A stretch of DNA of 63,559 bases, filler included, from Reticulomyxa filosa (taxonomy: Eukaryota > Protista > Foraminifera): NCBI GenBank assembly GCA_000512085.1. It is 24 parts of 24 records of this genome, joined end to end, with 100 filler letters (N's around TTAATTAATTAA, not from the genome) between each part and the next. Parts side by side here need not be neighbours in the genome. Positions count along the whole stretch, not along the records: positions 22,300 to 29,970 come from ASPP01019977.1; positions 30,071 to 32,147 come from ASPP01011057.1; positions 32,248 to 37,934 come from ASPP01007549.1; 21 more parts are not named here. One strand, given 5' to 3'. This document shows positions 23,451-34,577 of the stretch, piece by piece. The first letter of the stretch is position 1. The number at the start of each line of letters is the position of its first letter. Both the position numbers and the translations under genes were made by a program. The notes beneath the pieces were generated by a model that was given only the letters and a program-made list of their open reading frames with translations, made no database searches and was not told the origin of the DNA.

Positions 23451-25630
23451 TTATACAACATACTGACCAGTCAATTCAATGTATTGTGCATACCTCTCAG
23501 ATTGGATAAACCTGACAAGAGGATCATCTCGAAGTAGTGCATAGGTTTCTCTGGCGGCTATGTCCATCAGCCGTATTGTTTCTGCCAAATGAACAAAACC
23601 CCAGCTTCGTTCAAGTTTACAATTTGGTGCATTTTTTTGGTTATTTTCCGTCTTGTGTCAAAAGAAAGGTTGATTTCCGCAAGGGCATTGGCTTCAATGT
23701 AGCGGCGGAATAAGTAGTTGAACATATCAAAAGCAATGTGCAAGAGTTGGGGTTGATTCCAATGTATATGTTTATCGATCAGAGCAGGATGCAAATTCAA
23801 GACAATGACACGGTTAGGCATTTCCACTTGACAGCCAATTGAATTTGTATCTAACAATCTATTATTATTTATTATTATTATTTTTTTTTTTATTTGTTTG
23901 AAGGTATACGTCAAACTAAAAAAAAAATAGCCCCCCGTTTTTTTTTTTTTTTTTTTTTTTCCTCTCTCAAAACTGATGAAAGCATAAAAAGTATTTGAGT
24001 TGCATGAATTCCACTAAAAACAACAAGTGTTCCAAAGAGAGCTCGCTTGCTAAATGTAATGCAAACATATCAAAGGTTTTTTTACTTTTCAAAATATCTG
24101 ACAATGACACTCCATTAGTGGAGATTCCCTTGCTTACGCTAAGTCTGTGCGTGCTCTCACCAGTGCTCGACTGCACTTGCTCTCTCTTGTGTTCATTCCG
24201 TATCTGCAGACTGCAATAGCGATGGGTATACAATGGCGCCGGCCGCAGTGCAATCATGATCAATACGACTTGCGTGAAGACGCCGCCAAAGCAGACCACT
24301 ATTGCATACATTTCACTCGTTGGATCAAACAGCACCGCCACAATTGGAAGCGCAAGTCCGACGGGAGTAGATGCAAACACCGTAGCTTTAATTTCGGCTA
24401 TTTGACAACAGAGCAAACAAACGAATAAAAAAAAGTACTTTCTTTCAATCCCAGCGACAAAGCATAACCTTAAAAAAAAAAAAAAAAAAAAAATTTTTTT
24501 TTTTTTTTTTTGGGGAAGGAGGAGGGGAGAGGGGGGGGTTATATACGTATACATATGTATATGTATATGTGTATGGTTAAAAAACTAATGATATCAAGAG
24601 ACTGGTTTAATCGATAGGATTGATACAACAAAAAGGTCATGCTTGTCAAAACAATGACAACCCCGAGAATAGTGGAGCCAAGTACGAATACGACAGTGGG
24701 CTGCACGAACAAGCCGAGAATAGCAATGAAGCTCACAGCCAAGCACTTGCAAATAGTGAAACCGATGACCACTTGAGTGCTTCCCAGCAAATGACGATAT
24801 CTCACCGTCCATGGCAGTTTGATTGTACGTCGCGAAAAGGGAGATGGTGATACTGGTGATGGAGATATCTCTGGTTTGATGGAATCATTCCAATTTTCTT
24901 CTCTTTTTTTTTTTTCATCTTTTTCTTTTTCTTCTTCTTCTTCTTCTTCTTCTTCTTCTTCTTCTTCAGCATATTGTTTCGATATTGACAACACTGGATT
25001 TGTCACATTAGTGTCGGGATAGGAAAGAGTGAATGCGGTGTCGATGACATTGGACCACTGCTTTTCGACGGCGTTTCCTAAGTACAGCTGCTGCTTCCAT
25101 GCCAATTTGATTTGATCTTGACATAGCTGATTGTCGTACCACATGAAATACAATCTTGCCACTGTCATGAAAAATGGGATACATGATAAGTAGGCCATTA
25201 CCAAAAAGTATTGCGAGCAAATATCTCGGGCCACAAATAGCCACACATAAAACAGCACCCCACCAATCACTTTTTTTTTTTTTTGCACAATTATCAAACA
25301 ACAAAAAAACTACGTATCCTTTTTTTTTCCATTATTCTACAAATTTTTTTTTTTTCCGAAGTGAAACAAGTAAGATCAAAAATGATATATATATATATAT
25401 ATATGTACAAGAAGAAACCGACTGATAATTACAACAATCACGGAATACACTATTAAAATAACAATTCGGGGCCTCCTCTGGTGAATAAACTCCAAGTGCC
25501 GATACTGCTCAAACTGCAGGTAGTGATACCATACCAACGGGATGCAGACCAACACCAAAAAACCAAATAAAGACAGATATATATGAAACAGTTGTCCAGA
25601 GGAAATATGCAAATCTTGTTTCAAGCTCAT
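23451..25630 (-). CDS. 7TM-RGS protein (multi-TM N-terminus plus C-terminal RGS box), multi-exon
   Basis: TM helices ..FIHQRRPRIVILIV..; RGS motifs LSDILKSKKTFDMFALHLASELSLEHLLFLVE, FRRYIEANALAEINLSFDTRRKI, and after a frame change at ~23600, MDIAARETYALLRDDPLVRFIQSERY. Confidence 0.85.
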
Positions 25631-26851
25631 TGCTTATCCAAGACAACCTTTGAAAAGGATCCTGGCTGTACCTTTTTAAACGGTGTCTTGTCTTGCCACT
25701 TTTTAAGTTCGTGTGCACAACTTTCGAAACCAATTTTCTCAAAACTCCTTGATTTTTCACATTGTCAATTTGACTATATACTTTTTCCTATCCTTTTTGT
25801 TTTTCAAAAAATATTTATTGTATTAACTCTTTTTTAATACGCATTTTTTATTCTTCCATTTTGACAAATTACAAATTAACTCAGGATTATGGAAAATTAT
25901 CTTTTGAAAAATTTTTAAGTTGAAAGAAAGTAATATTTCCATTTGATCAAATGGACATGATTTTTTAAATGGAAAATGATACAATATAATTGTGTTATGT
26001 TCTTGTGGTGAAGTAATTCAAATCTAAGCAAAAAAAAATGACATTAAAAAGCAAAATAAACAACTGTAGACCAAATCAAATCAATGAAAAATATCTATTC
26101 CATTTATTAAAAACAAAAATTACTATCCGATTAACTGGTCATAATAAAATTGTATATTTGTTATTTTGATATTTTAGTTCCAATTGGATAGGAAAAAGAG
26201 TGTAGCGAATCAGAAAAAAATGGAATTGGACTAGAAAAAAAAGTTCAAAGCATTTTTTGAACAAATAGCTTCTCTTAAATTTACAGAATTGAAAAATAAA
26301 GTAAATGGCAATAAACAAAAATCAAATGGTGATAGTTGTGTTAATTTATGTTATGGCTCATATATTTTGCACCAATTTTTTTAAAAAATAACAAAATTTC
26401 GCCATGGAAACGAATGAAAAAATTTATTGAAAAAATACATTCAGAATAAAAGTTATCAAACTACTTGGCCGTTGACGACGAGACGTTTAGGCACGATAAT
26501 GTACAAATTTTTCCAAACTTGGAAACTATTGTCTGAAAGATGAACAAGACTATTGGATACGAAATCAAGAAAAAACAGGAATTGGGATAGCCTTCAATAG
26601 TGATTAGATAATGTTTCATATGGTGAATTTTTGAGTTTTTTTTGTGGACGGAATGTCTTATATTCCATTTTATGACATAAAAATAGTGTCTATTCAGTTT
26701 GTTTTAGTGAACATGTTTTTTTTCTTTAAAATTTATATATTTCATTCATATTTCAAGTAACATGAACATAATTAGGAATCACACCAGAGCAAAATGAACA
26801 AGTATAAGCCCTGCCTAGTTTTTTTTTGAAGAAAGGAAAAGAGATCTATTA

Positions 26852-27751
26852 ATGGGTAATAAGAGCTCCAAAAACTCACAAGAACAACGAAGAAAGAGAG
26901 ATTTTCCTTTAACTTTGCAAGACTGGTCAACAGGTTGGAAGTTGACAGAAGAGCATAAAGTAGTTGTGGAAGAACTTTTTTCTCGTTACAGTTTGCAAGA
27001 CGTAATAGGGATTGTTTTTTCTTTTGTTGGACAATATGACAAGGATCGTAGAATATATTATCGTTTAATTCGTCCAAATCTTTGTGATTTAAATAAGGAT
27101 AATACCCTTTCGACATCATTTTATATATCTCCAAAATGGCTTAAGTTAATGGTATGTGTATATGTTATGATGATATGTGCACGTAATACAATAATATCAA
27201 AATAACGATAAATAATAATGAGCAGACCTGAATATAGAATAACAATTTTTGGAAAGGCACTTTCGGGTAGATCTAGTTTGAGAATTCGAACAACTATTAA
27301 TAAATTTATTGAGAAATATGATCCAACAATTGAAATGATCTATCAAAAGAAAATCCAATTGAATAATGAAAGTAGTTGTGCAATATATTTTTTGGAACAA
27401 TGTGGACAAGATGAATTTCTGACAATGCTTGAAGGATATGCACGTAACAGTGATTGTGTAATTATTGCATATGATGTAACTGAAGAATATTATCGTGCAA
27501 AGGAAACAATTGATCGTTATTTATTAATTACTCGTCGTGCTAAAGAAGATATTACAGTCATAATTATAGGTACAAAAGCTGATTTAAGAAATGATTCTTT
27601 AGCTTGCATTCCACATATTAATCCTATTATTGAATATTGCACACAACATAATTTATGTTATATTGAAACTTCATCGAAAGAAAATATTAATGTTGATTTT
27701 TTATTTCAATATGTTGCTTATAATCTTTGGTTTGATTCTTTTCAAGAATAA
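26852..27751 (+). CDS. Atypical Ras-family GTPase with N-terminal extension (2 exons, intron ~27152-27234)
   Basis: G1 GKALSGRSS, effector YDPTIE, G3 EQCGQDEF, G4 TKAD, G5 ETSSK; N-terminal MGNKSS; no CaaX. Confidence 0.8.
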
Positions 27752-27921
27752 TCGATTCATTTCAAAATTTTGTTTCATAATCACAACACAGATTTATATC
27801 TAATATCACAATCATTATCATTATTATTATTATTATCATTATTATTACTTTTTTTTTATGAAAAAATTTAAAACAATATATATTTTTATAATTTTTTATT
27901 ATTTCCCAAAAACAAATGACA

Positions 27922-28045
27922 TTTAAAAAGTGAACATTCGATCCCACAAACACGGACAGTGTTTACATTGAATATTTGCAATTGTTACAAATCATCTTTA
28001 ATATCCCAAAAACGAATAGTTTCATCGTGTGATAAAGATATTATA
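27922..28045 (-). pseudogene. WD40 remnant
   Basis: SLSHDETIRFWDIKDDL*QLQIFNVNTVRVCGIECSLF, with an internal stop. Confidence 0.7.
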
Positions 28046-28800
28046 AAAATGATATGGTAAGATTTACACAATGCACAGAATTTGAATGTTTATTGAATAA
28101 TATCATTTGTTTATTGCACGAACTGTTTGATTAGATAATGCAGAACAAATGGCTTTATTATCATTAAATGTCAAATACTTACACGTCAAGTATGTCGCTC
28201 AAAGTGAGAATTTCATCGATCAAATTACTTTGCTCAGGCTACAAACTTGTTCCATAAGATAACCATTAAATCTTTAACCAAAGACAAGGCCAGAGGCAGG
28301 ACCAAACGCAATCCAATTTACATATATCAATCCAATCATTTCTATCAATGTAAAAAATAAACCAAAGCGTGAAGTATATAAATATAATATAACAAATAAG
28401 TACATTACAAAAAATAAAACGTATAAACATATGACTTAATTTTTTTAATGAGTCTCGATAAATCCAACAAATGGAAATTCCAATAACGGGACTTTGTTCT
28501 ATGATATATATTTTACAGTTATAATTATTATTTATTTTTGTAAAAATGTGTGTATATATTAAAAAAAAATAAAATAAAAATAAAAACATTCCTGAATGTC
28601 AGAGGGGGGGATGCAAAATATGCAATAACCTGCCTCCAACCTTGTCTTTTCTTTGACTAGCATAATCACATCTATATTTCAAAAAATACAACAAACATAC
28701 AATCACACCACTCCCCCTCAATGTACCATCACACTCCATGTCATCCCCCCTGTACCCATCCCCCACTCACTCCATCCTCTCACTAAATAACACCACACCA

Positions 28801-28990
28801 GCACTGATATAAAGATCAGTGCCACCACATCACATATACACACGTGCTAGAAATCTAGCACTCACCGCACATATGCTAGGAAGCTAGCATTTCACTACAC
28901 TATCTAATTATCCAATCCCTTTGATAACATTGACAGTGATTACACTGCCAACATCAAGAGTAGTGCCACCACTGCGTTAGTGTGACACTA
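28801..28990. repeat. Cluster of short inverted repeats (hairpins) with CAC-rich spacers
   Basis: gcactgat-ataaag-atcagtgc; gtgctag-aaat-ctagcac; atgctag-gaag-ctagcat; cagtg-atta-cactg; tagtg-tga-cacta. Confidence 0.7.
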
Positions 28991-29075
28991 CATCACTACA
29001 AAAAAAACAACAAACTAAAGAAAAAAGCTGATGTGGTATTTCATGCCATGGTATAGCATATATCAAACAGCAAGT

Positions 29076-29150
29076 AAAAAAAAAGGTATATTAATGGGGG
29101 AAAAAGGTATATTTAAGAGGAAAAAAAGGTATATTTAAAGGGGAAAAAAT
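29076..29150 (+). repeat. Short tandem repeat, 3 copies of aaaaaaggtatatt(t)aa(t/g)gggg-like unit
   Basis: Direct reading of 29076-29150. Confidence 0.7.
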
Positions 29151-29305
29151 GATAGTGTTAATAGGGTGTGAAAAAATTAAAATTAAAAAAAATTAGCAAA
29201 GCATATTGCTTTGCTTTGCCCCGGGGGATTGAACCCACTTTGGGGGTCATTAAAATTATTGTTTAATGAGCACTTTGCTCAATCTAAACTTATTGTCCTA
29301 TTTTA

Positions 29306-29743
29306 TTATTTTTTGTATGTTGAATATATAAATAAAAATAAACGTATACTTATAGAATACGTAACCGTAATTTTTTTGGAGCAGCGTATTCTTTTTACCT
29401 TTGCTGCTCCCGCCGGAATAATAGACTTTCTTTTGCCGGAGACGATTGAGGCCGATCCCAATATCTTTCTTGGTGTTGATACATAAATATCAATCATCTT
29501 AACATCTTCAGGTGGATTTGGGATTAGCATGACATACTGGTCATCATCGTCATCCGATGTACTTATTATCTCATCAGATGACGCCAGCATGTATGTGTAA
29601 ATCAAATCTATTGGATCAGATGGACAATAAATAAGGACCTCGGTGGGATCGAGGTCAATAAATGGGTTGGATGTGACCTCAATCGGGTCAACGTCCATGA
29701 AGTCGGTTGTTGTGGCTATATTTGAACATTCATCGACGTCCAT
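29306..29743 (-). CDS. Hypothetical acidic protein with MDVD / DP(I/T)(E/D) repeats
   Basis: 145-aa ORF with internal peptide repeats; no recognisable family. Confidence 0.35.
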   Translation of the reverse strand: MDVDECSNIATTTDFMDVDPIEVTSNPFIDLDPTEVLIYCPSDPIDLIYTYMLASSDEIISTSDDDDDQYVMLIPNPPEDVKMIDIYVSTPRKILGSASIVSGKRKSIIPAGAAKVKRIRCSKKITVTYSISIRLFLFIYSTYKK

Positions 29744-30070
29744 TTGATCAGAGATGGATCAATAGACATTTGATGATGACAATTATCGCCATTTTCTTCA
29801 ACATCTTATCAACTCTACACTTTAAAACTATTTTTTTTTTTAAATAAGTTAATATGATTGTGTGCATAAACTTTTTTTTTATTATTGCAATCTTTTTTTT
29901 TTATTTTGATTTTGTGCAGTCACTTACTTTCCCACTTTCCAAATAATTTTCATTTTACTTTTTTTTTTTTNNNNNNNNNNNNNNNNNNNNNNNNNNNNNN
30001 NNNNNNNNNNNNNNTTAATTAATTAANNNNNNNNNNNNNNNNNNNNNNNNNNNNNNNNNNNNNNNNNNNN

Positions 30071-31990
30071 TTTCTTTTTCTTTTTCTTTTTCTTTTTCTT
30101 TTTCTCTTTCTCGTTCTCTCTCGCGCTCTTTTTCTCTTTCTCTAATTTTTTCTCTTTCTCTTTCCCTTTCTCGTTCTCGTTCTCTTTCTCTATCACGTTC
30201 ACGATTGTATTCTCGGGAGCCATTGAAGTGATCATCAAAATATCGATTATTTTCGGAATCATAGTTCCTCCTCTCCTCATAGCTGTTGTAATTAGTAGCA
30301 GTGGTCCATCCGTCTGTTCGTACGTTGTCACGAGCGAAGCGATTTTTGTGGGCATCTCCTCCACCAAAAGACTGTGGGGGAGACCTAGTCATATTTACAT
30401 ATATGTGCATAAGTACACGTAAAAATATTAATGTACGCAAAATTAAAGTTCAAATTAAGGCTATGTAAAAAAAAAAAAAATCATACCGATCTCTGTAAAA
30501 GGAGTTATTATGTTCATAACCCCATCGTCTCTCTTTGCTTTTATAATAGCTATTTTCTGTGGATATCCCGGCCCCTCCAAAACTACTGGCGTTGCCACTA
30601 TGCTTTTTGAATGTGTCATCACGAAGGGAGGAGTACTTTGCAAATGGTCTGTTGGATCCTTCTCTTCCATTTCGATAAGAGCTGTTGTCTCGTTCATTAG
30701 GTGAGACATGATACGTGGAGGAACCGTGAGCTCCATTGTATTCACGGTTACGTTTGTTCCACCCATGGTTATCTCGATGGTTGTATCCGGACCAATTCTT
30801 ATCAAATCGATTGCTATATAACTCCTTGTCATTATCTCTACGAACTTGATTTTCGCGGTCTCTCATTCGTCCTTTTGGCCTTTCTATTTCCTTCACTTTT
30901 CTCTTGTCTCGTCCCCAATTGCTCTCACGGCTTTCGTTGCGCTTGTCTTTTTTTTGGCTTTCCTTGGGTTCAGTGTCACTCTTTTTCCGTGTTTGGCGTT
31001 CTTGACTCTTTGAAATAGATCTCAAGGCTTGTCTTTTCGGTGTGTCATGTGCATGTTGCGATGCACGTGAATCTGACGAAGCATCTTCATCCTCTGCTTC
31101 ATCATTGTCATCATTGTCATCATGATTGTCATCATTGTCATCATTATTATCTTCTTCTTCTTCTTCTTCTTCTTCTTCATTGTCATTATCGTTATCATTA
31201 TCATTGCCATTGTCATCGTCATTATCATGTTCACCCTTGTCATCATTTTCGCTATTCTTATTATCATTTTCCATATTATCTTCATTGTTGTCGTCATTGT
31301 CGCCATTATTATCATCCTCTTCATCATTTTCTTCATTCTCACACTTATTTTGATGGATCTTGTCATTATTATTAGCCTTTTCATTTTCTCCATCGTCATT
31401 CTGCTGGGTACAATCACCATTACTTTTTTGTTTGCTTTTTGCAATAAACTCAGGGGTGTGTTGTTCGTCCAGATTCTGTATGCTGTTTTGAACTGGATCA
31501 CATGGAAAAGATAAGCCATCTTCGTGCATTGGCTCTGATCTCAATAATGCTTGTTGTTGTTGTGAATGCTGCTCGTGGGATGGAGCAGCCTCAGTCAATA
31601 CATTTGCTGCTGCAGCAATACCGTCCATTGTCCGTTGTTCAATGGAAGGACTAAGTTGCGGCAGGTCCAAAATCGTGTGTATATTGTCATCTGTTGAGTC
31701 GACATGCAATTGAATCAATGAATCCACTGCTTTGCCATGCTGTGGTAGACTATGATTGAATTGCGTTTGTGTCATATCACTGTCGGATTTAGTGTTGCCA
31801 GGTGGTGGATCCACACTCCAACTTGATTTCTTCCAAACATCTCCCAACTTATTTTTTTTAGATTCTGGCATTACTTCATTGATGCAATGTTTTTTTTGTT
31901 TACTGTCGGTCTGTGCTGTTACCTCTTCCCAACTGCACTCCAATCCTTCCGATATAACGCTGTTGTATCAGGTGCAACGATGCCAAGTCC
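30071..31990 (-). CDS. Low-complexity Asp/Asn/Glu- and Arg/Glu-rich protein (internal exons)
   Basis: 497-aa ORF 30450-31943 plus an RE-dipeptide exon 30071-30390. Confidence 0.7.
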
Positions 31991-32109
31991 AAGCAACATG
32001 TGTTTGGCAGAGCAGGCATATCAAAAAACAAATTAAAACAAAACAAATATAAATGATATGGCAATTAACAAAATTTAAAAAAAAAAAAAAAAAAAATTTT
32101 GCGAATTTG

Positions 32110-32147
<38 letters not shown>

Positions 32148-32289
32148 NNNNNNNNNNNNNNNNNNNNNNNNNNNNNNNNNNNNNNNNNNNNTTAATTAAT
32201 TAANNNNNNNNNNNNNNNNNNNNNNNNNNNNNNNNNNNNNNNNNNNNATTGACCCACAAGCTTTGCAATTTAATAAAAAAAAAAAAACC

Positions 32290-32866
32290 ATTAACAATAG
32301 TCTCCTCTGTGCAAACAAGCCACTTCTTTATTGGTCACTTCTCCATTGGAATCTCTTTTGTCTACTGTAACACAAGCGCACCCAGATTTAATGAGGTAAA
32401 ATTGATCTCCAATTTCGCCTTGCTCAAAAACCACTGCGTTTGGTGCATATATTTGTACATGCATTGCGCCTCCAATCTTTTCTCGCTTCTCTTTTGGCAA
32501 ACGACCAAAGATTGGGAAGTTGCGCAGCCATTCGCCAATTTCGACATTCGGCTTTAGGCTATCCCATAATTCAATTGCTTTTTTCTCTTCCTCGGTTGTA
32601 CTCTTTGATGTAGACGTCTCACTTATGACACTGTTTTTACATTTTTCTGTGCCGTTTTGTTCCTCTTCGGTTATTGCCTCTTCTTGGTACTCGGCTGGAA
32701 TGATATAGTTTTTTGAAATCTTTTCTTGATATTCGCCAGGAACAGCAATTGGATCTGTATTCGCCTCCTGGGATGAAGGAACTGGTACAACTGGTGGATT
32801 GCTGGTTGTGTTTGGAGGGGCTGAATTTTTTTTTTTAATATCATTCAGAGAAAGACACAACCCCAT
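32290..32866 (-). CDS. cNMP-binding domain protein (PKG or PKA-R-like), 5' exon
   Basis: MGLCLS acylation-type N-terminus; FPIFGRL..VVFEQGEIGDQFYLIKSG..VACLHRGDY. Confidence 0.85.
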
Positions 32867-33478
32867 TTTTTTAATTAAAAAATATACCAACTTCTGTTTC
32901 AGAAATCCATATTAAAATTAAGAGCAAAAAAATTTCATAATGGGACAATATTTATTTTTAAAAAATTTCAAAATATCCTAATCAACATTTGAACAATTTA
33001 AAGGACTAAAATGCTTTATTAGTTTTTTTCTGTGCAAATGATGAATCCAAAATTGAAATCTTACAAATTTCAATAGGAAAGTATAAAAGCACAGCAGCTG
33101 TTCTATATCAACTGCATAAAAGGGCTTTTGATCTTTCATATGTTCGAAATTAACCTTAATTAAAATTAAACAATTAAGAAAGAACGAGAAAACAAATTGT
33201 GTCAGTGTAGCATTCGTTTTGGAACGTTTTCATCAGAGTTTTTATGTTTACCAAACAATACTATGAAAATTCATGCACTTTTTATAGATACAATAAGTCA
33301 CAATACTGTTTACTTCAACAAAATAATTTTTAAATCAAAAATTAAGAATTGTGCACTAAACTTGAAGACTTTATTACGTTTTTAACCCACATAGGTACAG
33401 CTTAAAAAAAAATCTAAGCGTTTTCTCTTCGATCTGCTTATTGTTCCTATTATTTATTGTTAAAATATACGCACAAAA

Positions 33479-34244
33479 ATGTCAACAAATTCTCCCAAAA
33501 AGCGACCTTTAGAAGAGATAAACGATGATAATAGTCCAAAGGCCAAAAAGCAAAAAACCCAGGTTCTTTCCTAAAAACACTAATCGTTCGGGAACAACAC
33601 GATAAGAAAACATTACAAAAAAACTTTAGAATTCGGCTCCTGTGCTTTATGTTCAAAAGTTTAGTTTCCTTTAATGCTTGCTGGTTGGTTTGTGCATTAT
33701 TAAAAAAAATAAATTATAAGGCTGAGTGAAGACGCACAAACGCCAACCAAAGGCAGCAAAATGGCAGCTGGCTATGATTTGTTCAGTGCCAAAGAGGAAA
33801 CAGTCGCCGCACATGGCAAAGCACTCATCAAGACAGACATAGCTATTCAATTACCAGAGGGGTGCTATGGTCGTATCGGTATGCTTCATAAAGAAAATGT
33901 GAATTTTTTTTCTGCTGAGTCAGCCATCATTCATCACACAAAAAAAAAAAAAAAAATTAGCTCCCCGAAGCGGACTGGCATGGAAAAATCATATTGCTAC
34001 TGGCGGTGGAGTTATTGATGGCGATTACCGTGGAAATGTTGGGGTAATATTGTTCAATCATAGCGATGAGCCATTTAAAGTTGCCAAAGGAACGCGTATC
34101 GCACAGTTGATTTTGGAAAAGTATGTTCACGACAGCGTCGTTAAAGTTGTTGACAGTTTGAATGAGTCAGCCCGTGGAGAAAATGGATTTGGAAGCACAG
34201 GTACCGACTCTACTATTACTCTCCATGATAAAAAACGTGAATAA
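33479..34244 (+). CDS. DUT: dUTP diphosphatase (trimeric dUTPase), about 4 exons
   Basis: All five motifs: AGYDL, GRI(A)PRSG, GVIDGDYRG, RIAQLI, RGENGFGSTG; N-terminal NLS-like PKKRP..KAKKQK. Confidence 0.95.
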
Positions 34245-34577
34245 AAACCACTTTGCTTTTCAATTAATGTTTATGTCAAATTTTACCAACTTTCATTACA
34301 GAACATGCACAACTTTTTTTACAAAAAAGATTTTTATTGTGTATAACCTTGTCGAATCGTTAATTCAGCAACACTTTTATTCTTATTCCGTATATAGTCA
34401 ATTTGCTTGTTAAAGTTTAAAATACATCTTTTTGCATTGTTTATAAATACAAATCGTCGTAGTTTGAATTGGAGGACGAACGAAAAACTTAGGGGCAACT
34501 TTAGTTGAGGTATATTTTTTTAGAGTGGCCTTTGAATTCTCTATATCTTTGGCATTGTTTTTCACGTGGAGAAGAAA

